Notes under the pieces: model-generated
Seen by the model: only the letters and a program-made list of their open reading frames with translations
Told to the model about the DNA's origin: nothing
Databases searched by the model: none
Translations under genes and position numbers: made by a program
DNA from: Eledone cirrhosa
Taxonomy: Eukaryota
Direction: 5' to 3'
NCBI GenBank assembly: GCA_964016885.1
Contig: OZ024742.1
Location: 203,546,001 to 203,610,000 of the forward strand
Length of the DNA stretch: 64,000 bases
Shown here: positions 1 to 11,720 of the stretch, in pieces
How positions within the stretch are numbered: position 1 is the stretch's first letter
Layout of the letters: every line of letters begins with the position of its first letter

Positions 1-456
1 TTTCGCGGATATAGGGGTCATCTCCCTTGTCTAATGCCATGTGCGTTTTTCACCGCTAGTTGACTCCTTTGCCGCCAGGATAAAACTCGTTGACAACGTA
101 AACTCCATTCCACTTATTCTAGTAGGCTTTTATATTTATATGTGAGCTGACAGAGTACAGTCTAAGGATTTACAGAAACCCATGAAGCTAGATTTAACAC
201 CTTTCTAGTGGGTCCGGGTATGATTTTACATTCATTTAAATTATTGACGTATTGTTTTATTGATATTTTTTATCTGTTTGGCCCGAATCTTCCTTTATCG
301 ATTTTAAATCGTATGGTTGATTGTAGACTTGTTCTATATGTGACGGTATTTTAACGATAGTTATAGCTCTGATTCATCTGAATTATTGAGCCCTCTGCCG
401 CTCATATCGGATTTCGTTTTTCGTTAACTCGTGCGCCGATTTTTCGATACTCGATC

Positions 457-541
<85 letters not shown>

Positions 542-733
542 GTGTGTGTGTGTGTATGCTGGTATCTACCTGATTACCGTAGGGCCAATAAGATTGTTAG
601 AACTGCCTTGAAGAAATAATTCCATTGAGATTCGGTTGGGCATTTTAAACGAGCTACACAGTCATACATATATGAGTTTGAATAATGAAAATATGGAAAT
701 AAAACAAAATGCGAAAATTGGTGCCTAGTAAGT

Positions 734-873
734 TCATTGTTTTACGATCGTTTCAGACGGTTAAATCGATCATGATAAATCGATATATTGACTAACTGAT
801 AATGGTTATGCCACCACATATTACTACTTTCAATATTCCAGATCCATCTCACCGTCTTCCTCAGAAACAATGA
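734..873 (-). ncRNA. Type I hammerhead ribozyme with ~100-nt stem II
   Basis: Minus strand: UCAUUGUUU-CUGAGGA-AGACGGU...ACCGUCU-GAAA-CGAUCG-UA^AAACAAUGA. 9-bp stem I, 7-bp stem II base, palindromic stem III (ACGAUCGU). Confidence 0.85.
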
Positions 874-1645
874 CCTATAATTTTTATTTGCAAGTTATAT
901 AAAGAGGCTGAAACGAAAAAATTGGATAGGTGGACCGAGAAAAATAAATAAAAGAAAAGAATATTAGGATTCTCAATCAAAGATGAAATATATGTAGAAT
1001 AAACAAGTAAATAAATAGATGAACTCCTTGATCTGTAATCAAACAGACGATCAGACTTAATGTGTGACCGAAGACATACACACTTATAGAGAGAGATAAT
1101 GGTCGGATATATACGTATCAACAGCAACATAGAATTGATAAATGTGTCCGAACCCGGAAGAGCCGAACTCCCACTGTCATCGCCACTATCTCTCTTCCTC
1201 CCCATCTCTCTGTATTATGAGCAAATGGGGTCCCACATGCTGGTCACCCCACAGCCCAAGCGGACAAAATGGAGAAGGCGTTTCCTCAGAGGATGGTAAG
1301 GGAGATGTCCTGGAAAAGCCATTCCATCTCGCAAGGCTCACACCTGCGGCTGGCCAGCTCAGTGGTAAATAAGGAGGTAGCCCTAGAGCTAAAGACACCA
1401 GAAGTCTCCACTGCTAGGGGCACGACCGCAAACCTGTAGGAGATCGACCGATACTTGGATAATTTACCCTCCTCAGCAGAAAAATATCCAACCATTATTC
1501 CTTCTTATAGAGAGGTTCATACAAGGGGAGATAAAGAGACCAAATCATATAATTTGTTGCTGACCGTTTTACTTCCCACCATATACGCTTACATCTGCAT
1601 ACATATTTCTACACTTAAGCTTTTATGCATATATACACTTATACA

Positions 1646-1775
<130 letters not shown>

Positions 1776-1872
1776 GTCAATATATCGATTTATCAGGATC
1801 AATCAACCTTCTGAAACGATCGTAAATCAATGAATTAATGAAGCACCAATCTTCACCTTTTGTTTTATTTTC
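1776..1872 (+). repeat. Diverged, 5'-truncated inverted copy of ~695-793 (3' half of the 734-873 hammerhead family)
   Basis: agtcaatatatcgatttatc...ctgaaacgatcgtaaa...tgttttattt matches the reverse complement of 695-793; the CUGANGA half is absent. Confidence 0.75.
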
Positions 1873-1974
1873 TTCTGCTTCGTCCATTTATTCCAGAGAG
1901 AAATTTCTTTTTACCGTGCTGTTTCTTTTCTTATGCCCCACCCCCCTCTCTCGCTCTCTCATTCTGACATTGTA

Positions 1975-2012
1975 TCTTCTGGTGAAGGACTAATGTCCGA
2001 AACCTTAAGACA
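1975..2012 (+). ncRNA. Degenerate hammerhead relic
   Basis: CUGGUGA (A6G)-A-GGAC-UAAU-GUCC-GAAAC; stems I and III poorly formed. Confidence 0.45.
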
Positions 2013-2935
2013 CTTTTCTTATTATATCAAGCTATAAAGTAATATCATTGTACTGTATTTTTCTTCGGAATAGTTACTCCCTAGTGAGTTCTATATTTCA
2101 ACTTTCGAATTCTATATATCAGCCGATGAGGTGAGATCATACAGTGGCATCGCAGAAATTACACTTGTAGCCATCATTCCTTGCTTGGTCATTGATGCAT
2201 GAGGGAATTTGACTCTACCGCCCTCATTTGTGTTTCTTGTCACGCTGTAGGCTCATCCGAGATTTTAGACAAAAAAATGTCGAGATGATTCTGATAACAT
2301 CTACACCCCACCCTATATACATCTCTTACGTTACGGGGGTGGGGAAGTGTTTTAAAGAATGAGGGGCCCTTGAACCCCAAGCTATAGCAGTGTCTGGTTC
2401 TTACTCTAGATGGAGGGAACCTTTGGCACTAAGTACTGACGTCCTGTTCGACGGCTGGTCCAGCTTGTAATATTTGTGTAGTGTTAGTCCTTCCAGTATT
2501 TTCCATATATAAATAGCTGCGTATATCTCCCGTCTTCGCTCCAGGGAGTAGAGATTTAATTCTTTCAGTCATTGCTCGTAGTTCATCTCTTTCATTGGGG
2601 CAACTTTCTGGTAGCTTCGTTGGATTACTTCAGGTTTCGCTGTGGTGTGTGAATAGCTGAAAGCAATAGTCCAGACAGCTGAAGACAAATGTCCAACAGA
2701 GTACCTATATGGTTTCCCGATCTGTTCTCGTGAATCCCCTCAGAATCTATCCAGTCAGACGTCTGCACTTTGCCGTCCTCTTTGTGATATACACATGAAA
2801 CGATACATCAGTGCTCATATCAGCTTTCAGGTCAGTATACCCAGTTAGAACGACTGCCTGTACAACCGACGACATGTTGGAAAGTTAATAAGCAGCAGTG
2901 GCCCCCAATATAGTTCATTGAGCAACTGCACTCAC

Positions 2936-3100
2936 TAGGGTCGGACGCCATGCTTTGACGCATAGAGTTACGCCCCTTTCCATTCTGAGTTCAAATCCGG
3001 CCGAGGTTAACTTTGCCTTTCATCCTTACGGGGTCGATAAAATAAAGTACCAGTAATGCACTGGGTAATTGCTGGCCTTGCGCCAAAAGTAGAAACAATT
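2936..3100 (+). mobile_element. tRNA-derived SINE (cephalopod OK-like family)
   Basis: B-box gagttcaaatcc (2987-2998), then ctttgcctttcatccttacggggtcgataaaataaagtaccag; further copies elsewhere in the window. Confidence 0.8.
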
Positions 3101-3174
3101 ATTTTCTTTCATGAGGCTCCATTAACAGCGTGAGCTAAAAGTCACGCAGCCACACTTCTTACACAATCACATAC

Positions 3175-3316
3175 ATATATGCACATACACAAACGCCCAC
3201 ACGCTCACACAGTGTCTCTCACACAATCATACAGATAGACACTACAAGCGATTACAACTTTAGGTCGACCGTTATAACAAATGCTGGACCAGAAAATTGG
3301 TGTTCGATAATGCTAA
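3175..3316 (+). repeat. ~140-bp interspersed repeat; inverted diverged copy at 5484-5650
   Basis: ttaggtcgaccgttataacaaatgctggaccagaaaattggtgttcgataatgctaa versus its reverse complement at 5484-5540. Confidence 0.75.
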
Positions 3317-4411
3317 TTACGTGATCTCCGCATAGTTAGAAAACTTTGTCCAACTATGAAGAGACCATGTAATTTGTGACATATCATTCCATGATCAATC
3401 TTTTTGAAGCCCTTTGAAAATATAGCACATCCACATTTCAGCCATTTAGCAACTATTTCAACACCTTATCATAAGGTTGCAGAAGCTGTATAATGCAGTT
3501 GCTTCTTGGACGAAGGCCATGCTGGATGTCAGTTAATAAACCAGTTTTCTCAAGGAACGTTATCAGTTACACTCTGATAACTCGTTCCACGACTTATGAA
3601 ATCAGGGAGATAGGTCTGTAATGTTTACTATCTGTTCTGTTTCCCGTTATGGATAGGATATATACTTTCCTCTAGCTTTTCGGGGAATGTATCATTTGTG
3701 AGGAAACTTTGGAAGTGGATCTGCTGTGATTTTCCTCAGGCCTGTCTTTTAGAAGGATTAACGGGAACCCATCAGGGCCGGCAGATAAATATGAAGTGTG
3801 TGTGTGAGAGGGTATGTGTGTGTGTGTTAACAAGGGATTAGATGACGGTGGTTGAATTTGATAATTGAATTGGTAACTTTCGCTATGATTTTGACTAGAA
3901 AATATAGACTAATAATGACGTACAAGCCCCCAGAACGGAGAGAAATGGACACCAGTATGCGTGAGAATCAAGTATAGCTATATACCAATATATATATATA
4001 TGCTGGGTAATAATAAATATGACCCAGTTAGGAGCATGAAAACAGCATGATGTAAAATAATAAATATGATAATAATATATGCATATATATATATATATCA
4101 TATTGGAATTGTGCTTATTTAGCAATAAACACCATATGTGACTGTGTGCTGAGACTGCATCATGGAAGAATCATTTTAGCCCTTTAACAACACACAAAAA
4201 CTGCTTATTCACTATTCTTACGTTATTTTAGACCTCAATGTATTCGCCGCGCTTCCGAAATCTTGTCACTAAAACACTTCCACTGCAAATAACTTGAAGA
4301 AATAGGCGGAGATTTTAATAGAATATTTCCTGTTATGCTCGACGGTTGGTTAAGCAACCTTATCCATTCTCACTTCTTTGCTATATTTTAATGCAATTCG
4401 ATGCAGGGAAA

Positions 4412-4570
4412 ACAGTGGTTAAAATAGTTGGCTTCGCAATCATGACGTCTCGGGTTAGATCCCTTTGTGTGGCACCTCGGGCAAATGTCTTTGCCAGAGC
4501 TTCGGACAGATTCCAAGCTGTTTGAGTGAAATTGCGTAGACGGAAAATGTTTAGATTCCCACCGAATCGA
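4412..4570 (+). mobile_element. Decayed tRNA-derived SINE (cephalopod OR-like)
   Basis: gtggttaa..cgggttagatccc..gtggcacctcgggcaaatgtctt..gtagacggaaa resembles the remembered consensus. Confidence 0.6.
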
Positions 4571-5483
4571 TTATACCTGTAACACGGAGATCTAGCTTTG
4601 TCACATGTTTTGTCATGCTTGGGATTTACATAAGGCTACATAAGGCTATTCGTCTAAGACATTCCTCTTCTTCCTGTATCAGCCCCCTATAATTTCAAAA
4701 CGGAACTCCTTAACCTGACTTCCTATATGACTATTCTGAGACATTTCTTGATTTGATATGCTGTCGACACTCCTGGAATAGCTCATCTAACTATACTAGA
4801 AGAGAGTTGCTTCTCTCCTTGTTTCCACTATGGCGATAAAGTCATCCATAAAGCACGCGACAGAGGAACTACCATGTGCTTTTTGCTCTTCATTTTCTCC
4901 ATATAGCTTCTTTCACCTCTCATTACCAACTTTGTAGCCAGCTATCACGAAAAGGGGTCATAAATGGTATAACCATCATAATACCTATAGACAGGACCAA
5001 CTATAAAGTAAGGAATTTCTTTGATGGTAAGCTGAAGGAATTGAATGGGCCTCCATATATTTTGACGATGAGTGTTCCCATTGTTCGTTCGACAGAACAG
5101 CTTGCAAGCTAGAGCTTTCCGCAGACACGTATACTCGTAATGAGTTATAATGAGAACTGGATTTTACCTGTAATTCAAAACACCATCCTACTCACACAAT
5201 AAGCCCGATTAAATCTCCCTAAAATGTCACATATCAATTTAACGAGTAGGCTCTTCATTTGCTCAAACAACTGGAATACTCAGTGTCGAAACCGACGAAA
5301 GTCCATTTAATTTACCAATGAGTCAACCTAGAGGCATAGGTTCGAAACTTTGGTGAAATTATTTCCCTACTGATGTCTCTGAAAAAAGTATGAACGACAT
5401 ACAGTTTGATTACCATCACCCCAATACATTCCTGGAGTAAACTGTAAGAAATCAATAGGTCTTATTAGTAGAATCGATAGAGG

Positions 5484-5650
5484 TTAGCATTATCGAACAC
5501 CAATTTTCTAGTCCAGCAATTGTTATTACGGTCGACCTAAAATTGTAATTGCGTGTAGTGTCTATGTGTATGATTGTGTGAGTGAGGCTGTATGTGTGTG
5601 TTTATGCGTATATTTGTGTGTGGGCGGGTGTGCGTTTGTGTATGTGCATA
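5484..5650 (-). repeat. Inverted copy of the 3175-3316 repeat
   Basis: Reverse-complement match read directly. Confidence 0.75.
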
Positions 5651-5672
5651 GATGCATGTGTGCATGTGTATA

Positions 5673-5727
<55 letters not shown>

Positions 5728-5762
5728 TGAGAAAGGAAGGAGAAATACACATACACACTATG

Positions 5763-5838
<76 letters not shown>

Positions 5839-5908
5839 TAGCGAGAGAGAGGGTGGGAGAGTGAGAGAGAGTGAGAGTGAGAGAAAGAGAGAGAGTGAGT
5901 GAGTGAGT

Positions 5909-6012
<104 letters not shown>

Positions 6013-6217
6013 TGTACACAAACTGTTTTTGATTACAAAACCAAGAGGAAAGTCTATCAGACATCTGCTACAATGATCGTATCTCAGGCACTTTTATTCT
6101 ACCAATTGAAACACCACCATATTGCCAGACGAATTTCCAAACAAACTACTGAAGAAGCTATTGTAAAGATCATCTTCATCGCAATCGGCATCATCTCTGC
6201 CATCAGTCATCACAATT

Positions 6218-7080
6218 ATCGTTATCAATTCACCGTGGTCAATTCATCGTTGTCAATTCTACTTTGTCAATTCAACTTTATCAATTCACCATGGTCAATT
6301 CATCTTTGTCAATTCACCATGGTCAATTCATCTTTGTCAATTCACCATGGTCAATTCATCTTTGTCAATTCACCATGGTCAATTCTACTTTGTCAATTCA
6401 ACTTTATCAATTCACCATGGTCAATTCATCTTTGTCAATTCACCATGGTCAATTCATCTTTGTCAATTCACCATGGTCAATTCATCTTTGTCAATTCAAC
6501 ATGGTCAATTCATCTTTGTCAATTCACTGTGGTCAATTCATCTTTGTCAATTCACCATGGTCAATTCATCTTTATCAATTACCCGTGGTCAATTCATCGT
6601 TGTCAATTCAACTTTGTCAATTCATCTTTGTCAATTCACGGTGGTGGTAAAATCATCTTTGTCAATTCATCTTTGTCAATTCACCGAGGACAATTCATCT
6701 TTGTCAATTCGTGGTGGACAATTCATCTTTGTCAATATAACGTAGTCCATTCACCGTGGTCAATTCATCCTTGTAAATTCCCCGTGGTCAATTCATCCTT
6801 GTCAATTCAACTTTGTCAATTCACCGTGGTTAATTCAACTTTTGTCAATTCACCGTGGTCAATTCGCAGCGGTCAATTCATCTTTGTCAATTCACCGTGG
6901 TCAATTCATCTTTGTCAATTCATCGTTGTCAATTCACCGTCGTCAATTCGCAGCGGTCAATTCATCTTTGTCAATTCACCGTGGTCAATTCATCTTTGTC
7001 AATTCATCTTTGTCAATTCACCGTGGTCAATTCATCTTTGTCAATTCATCGTTGTCAATTCACTGTGGTCAATTCATCGT
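6218..7080. repeat. 14-bp variant-repeat minisatellite GTCAATTC+NNNNNN
   Basis: Constant GTCAATTC followed by ATCTTT, ACCATG, ACCGTG, AACTTT, ATCGTT, TACTTT or GCAGCG; explains the 463-aa ORF. Confidence 0.9.
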
Positions 7081-7549
7081 CCTCCTATTCATTTCATCGT
7101 TATAGTCGTCGTCGTCATATTCAATCTATCATCATATTCATCCTATATATTTACCGTCATTATCGTCTTCACCATCATCATCAGTTGTAGTCTCTATATT
7201 CCTACACCCAGCAGCTACGAATTATTTCAATCCACTGCCGGTTTCATCCTTGCCATGTACCTATCAGTTTTATATCTCCATCTCATCCTCTGCCTCCCTT
7301 AGATGTGACAACATGACCCCCTCAATCTCCATTCTATACATTGTTCTGTCCATGCCTCATGACATGACAACCTTCATTAATGATCTCATTTATATATACA
7401 CCAAATATAAGGAATGTACACGCTATACTGGATATATATACACACAAACATATATATATATAAATAGAGAGAGAGAGTTTCTACTTTTGGCACAAGGCTA
7501 GCGATTACCCCAGTGCATAACGAGAGAGAATGCGATCAAGATAAAGAGG

Positions 7550-7636
<87 letters not shown>

Positions 7637-7703
7637 TGTATATATATATATGCCCCAGCATGACCTTAGCCGGATGGCTGGAACAGATAAAAGAAAAAAG
7701 AAT

Positions 7704-8312
7704 ATGACACCCATAATTTTGATTTAGATTAAATTCACTTTGATTTATCTTAATTTTGGATATAGATATATAAATACGACTCCTTAATTGTAGAGCTAAC
7801 TCTGTTTCTAGTTGTCGATAACCCTATTCACGCCACTGGAACGAAGCTGGTATGATGCGTGTATTTTTAGTAGATATAGCACGTCGATTTTTAGTAGATA
7901 TGGCCAGTCGCTGATTTGAACTTAATGCGTAAACACAGATGGCTGGACTTCTTCCTTGTTGAAAATCCAAGTATCGACCTCCGTGTTTTACCATTCGATT
8001 AATTGGTGAAATATATTTCTTTAATGGAATATATACGGGGAAGATTAATCATATTATAAGGTATCTATTTTTGAAGTTCTAGTTAACTTTATTTAGTTAC
8101 CTACCTAGCTATGTGTGCTTGCACACTTGTAAAACTTATCACCTGTGATTGTTTCATATGTTTATTTATATGTTAATCAATTTCTGGTTGTTATAAAATT
8201 CATTAGAATTTTTGAGCTTATTTTACGGGTGATATGGCGCATGCCTTTCTGGCATGACACCCATAATTTTGATTTAGATTAAATTCACTTTGATTTATCT
8301 TAATTTAATTTT
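7704..8312 (+). mobile_element. One 550-bp unit plus terminal redundancy of a non-coding tandem element (same family as 22951-24556)
   Basis: atgacacccataattttgatttag at 7704 and 8254; ends in (TA)n. Confidence 0.8.
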
Positions 8313-8313
8313 G

Positions 8314-8363
<50 letters not shown>

Positions 8364-8494
8364 TGTATGTATGTATGTATGTATACTGGTCTTCACTTTT
8401 TATGATAGTGCCGATAAGGTTGTTAGAACTCATTGCAATCTTGAAGAGATGATTTCAACGAGGTCATGTAGTGAGAGCTATAGTTTTCTGAGTA

Positions 8495-8635
8495 GAATGC
8501 TTCTGAGGAAGACAGTGAGATGGAACAATAATATGGAGACTAGAAATAGGTAGTCACATAACCACTACCTATTAGTGAGTATACCGATTTACAATGAATA
8601 ATCAACCCCTTGAAACGTGCGTAAAACGAACTAAT
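8495..8635 (+). repeat. Decayed copy of the 734-873 hammerhead family
   Basis: CTGAGGAagacagtgagatgg (8503)...GAAACGTGCGTAaaac (8612); helices eroded. Confidence 0.6.
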
Positions 8636-8834
8636 TTAGCACAAATATTCGCAATATTCAAAACATCTACAATGTTCTACGAACCTTATTCGCCCTACCA
8701 TAAACGGGTAGATACTAGTATCGATAGACGATCGACAAGATCCCAGGCATTCGGGTGGAGCTCGTCAAATAAGACCGAGGAAACAGTTTTTCCATTGGGC
8801 TTTCCAATTGCTATTACTATCTGTCGGTCGCAAC

Positions 8835-8901
<67 letters not shown>

Positions 8902-8905
<4 letters not shown>

Positions 8906-9161
8906 AAGTATTTCCGTAGGAAAGGTAAAAGAAAAGAGAGTGCTCTATGTAGGCTACAGAGCTTTTTAGTTATGTAATAAACAACATAAGATAATTATTT
9001 CATTTACCAAAGGTTTCACGAAGACAGACGAGCTTGACACATACGTCTGCCCTCAATCATTCTGATGATTGAAGGCAGACGTATATGTCAAGCACGTCTG
9101 TCTTCGTGAAACCTTTGGTAAATGAAATAATTATCTCATGCTGTTTATTACATAACTAAAA
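8902..9161. mobile_element. Fold-back PLE 3'-end fragment between (TA)n tracts
   Basis: Arms 8963-9060 and 9065-9161; terminus homologous to 40512-40596. Confidence 0.85.
9057..9125 (+). ncRNA. Type I hammerhead ribozyme
   Basis: UCAUU-CUGAUGA-U-UGAAGGCAGACG..CGUCUGUCUUCG-U-GAAA-CC-UUU-GG-UA^AAUGA. Confidence 0.85.
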
Positions 9162-9179
9162 TATATATACATATATATT

Positions 9180-9210
<31 letters not shown>

Positions 9211-9340
9211 AAAAGTTCTGTTTACATGCCAACACAAGAATGAGGGGCCCATTCTACTGACATAGTTTAAAAGAGGCTGTTTGCATAATTGCAAACAAAT
9301 CGAATATTTTTATTAATATTCGAAAAACTCAGATTACATT

Positions 9341-9438
<98 letters not shown>

Positions 9439-9517
9439 AGTAAAACAACAGGAGACCGGACTGGAAATATCCTTTTAAAGTTTTATTGTTGCAATTAACA
9501 ATGTATATATATATTAG

Positions 9518-10172
9518 TATGTATACGTACATACATATATGTATACAGACGTACAGTAGTATATATATATACATACATGCACACATATATATATGTACGT
9601 ATGGATTCACCGAACATTTATTATAATGCTCGGTGTGTTTGTAAACAAACATCCCGTATTAAGCCGTAGTGTCTAGCAACCATCGTTGCTCGGTTCTTCA
9701 ACACTGACAAAGGAACGCTGTATTAGTTTCAAGCTTATTAGCTATCGTCAGCAACGTATACCTTCCTGCCAGATGATTGAACGTCTGAAAGTATATACTT
9801 TCCTTATGCATATTAACGGCTGATTAGCCTAATTTGCATATCGAGTGGGTTAATCGGCCGGGTGCACCGAAAACGATAAACGAAAAAAATGAAACGAAAT
9901 TTAATTTCCCACTCTTAGTACGGCTGTTACTTAAATATAAGTATGTATACGTACATACATATATGTATACATACGTACAGTAGTATGTATATATATATAT
10001 ACATACATGCACATATATATATATATATGTACGTATGGATTCACCAAACATTTATTATAATGCTCGGTGTGTTTGTAAACAAACATCCCGTATTAAGCCG
10101 TAGTGTCTAGCAACCATCGTTGCTCGTTTGTTCAACACTGACAGAGGAACGCTGTACTAGTTTCAAGCTTAT
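9518..10172 (-). mobile_element. ~1.5 tandem units of a 434-bp retrozyme-like repeat, related to the 467-bp unit
   Basis: atggattcacc at 9601 and 10035; collinear homology with the 467-bp unit including HHR, octamer and hairpins. Confidence 0.8.
9715..9757 (-). ncRNA. Minimal type I hammerhead (stem III mutated in this copy)
   Basis: ACGUUG-CUGACGA-U-AGCU-AAUA-AGCU-U-GAAA-CUAA-UA^CAGCGU; the second, truncated copy has intact GAAA-CUAG-UA. Confidence 0.75.
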
Positions 10173-10486
10173 TTCCGGTTGGTTGGTTGGTTCGATAACA
10201 CACAACACACAACAAACAAGATAGTGTAGGTCAGAACAAAGGAGAGACACACAAAATAAAAACCTAGTCACTGAGAGGTCACAGAATGTGTGACGAAAGA
10301 GAGTTAACAATATATAAACAAGCTTCCGGTTATCGAATCAACCAACCGGAAATTTATAATAAATTGAGGTGAAACCAACAGGTGCGGGTGTTTTTATTGG
10401 CAACATGACCCTCCCAAAGTATAACAATATCTGTTTCAACACACGTTTTCAGAAAAGAAATCTCGCAAAACAAATTCAAAAACGAA
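10173..10486 (+). mobile_element. PLE 3'-end fragment (family of 37136-37947) with decayed hammerhead and a short 5' inversion
   Basis: Shares gcaacatgaccctcccaaagtataacaat and agtcactga..ggtcacaga..gtgtgacgaaag; 10173-10198 is an inverted copy of ~10328-10351. Confidence 0.75.
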
Positions 10487-10714
10487 TTATTTTATTATAT
10501 TTATTTATTTATTTATTTAATTATTGAAATATTGAGATAAGTATTTTATTTTATTTATTGTAATATTAATATAGGTAGTTTATTATACTTATATATTTAA
10601 TTAGTTATCGAGATATTGAGGTAGGAACATATATAATTTATTTACTCAAAAGTTAAGAGGTGAAAACCAAAACCTAAAAGTCGTTTCATTCTTGTTCTCA
10701 TTAATCCAAGCGAA

Positions 10715-10936
10715 ATGCCCCGAATTACGGATAACAATGCTCATGAAAATAAAAATCAACGAAACTGGAAAACAAAGGAATTTGAGACAATGCTCACAAC
10801 ATGGAAATCGGCCTATGGTTTCCCGTCAAACAAGCTAATTGCGGAAACCCTGAAATGCTGTGGCTTTTTAAGAACGATGGCGCAAATAGAGCAAAAACAT
10901 AGTGACTTTAATCGCGCTTATACGTACGTAAAATGA
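10715..10936 (+). pseudogene. Myb/SANT-like (trihelix) domain fragment, possibly a PIF/Harbinger ORF relic
   Basis: RNWKTKEFETMLTTW...IAETLKCCGFLRTMAQIEQK...RAYTYVK fits the W..W / GF.RT..Q...K......Y pattern. Confidence 0.55.
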
Positions 10937-11131
10937 CACATGAATCTGTTGAGCTATACCTTCAAAGAGGAGACCAAAGAGGAAGTCAAAGAAAGGGGAA
11001 AAGTACGAGTAACAAAGAAAAATATACGAGTCATAAAGGGCATCTGGGAGCCAGGGGCGAAGGATCCGTGCATGCAACGCATGCAGTGTATGCGTTATAG
11101 AATCTTGAGTTGATCAATTGCGTCGGTTGAA

Positions 11132-11405
11132 GCAAGCAGAATTTTGGCTGCTAACTAAAACGTATAGACACAAAAAAGGTAACACACACACATACACACA
11201 AACACATACACACAAATACACGACAGCTTTGGGGCAAGCAGAATTTTGGCTGCTTACTGAAACGTATAGACACAAAAAAGATAATACACACACACACACA
11301 TACACACAAACACATATACACAAACACACGACAGCTTTGGGGCAAGCAGAATTTTGACTGCTTACTAAATCGTAGACACATAAAAAGATAACACACACAC
11401 ACACT
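11132..11405. repeat. ~105-bp tandem triplication in the hAT subterminal region
   Basis: gcaagcagaattttg at 11132, 11234 and 11342. Confidence 0.85.
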
Positions 11406-11720
11406 AGATAACACTACATGCGGCTTTGACTGGAAGGGTCATTCAGAGAGGCGTGCATGCGTCAACGGTACGAGGTCCAAACGGAAAGTGGTCAAACCGG
11501 CCACTTATTTCACCGACGATTCTAGAATATACACGTGTCACCTTAGCTGGGTAATTTCCCTGATTATATAGGTAAAGTTTAAATGTTCCTGATTGAATAG
11601 GTAAATTTTTCAGTCAGTAAATTTTTCATTCCAATGCTTTAAATTTTAATTTCAAATATATCAACTTATTTTTTAAAAGGTTACGCAAAAATTACATTTT
11701 CCACATTTTCATTTATCCAC

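Larger units (their letters stand above)
2190..3790 (-). mobile_element. Decayed CR1/L2-like LINE ORF2 (RT and C-terminus), interrupted by a SINE and another repeat
   Basis: Minus-strand translations: SAGPDGFP, YRPISLIS, QHGLRPRSNCIIQLL..VDVLY..IDHGMICHKL, LKELNLYSLERRREIYAAIYIWKILEGL, SLGFKGP; many stops and frameshifts. Confidence 0.8.

Noticed and set aside
1440-1480. Minus-strand CUGAGGA-GGGUA-AAU-UAUCC
   Set aside because: No GAAA or stem I follows.
3175-5650. Inverted pair as TIRs of one 2.5-kb transposon
   Set aside because: The LINE continues on both sides of the left copy and no TSD is visible; likelier two independent insertions.
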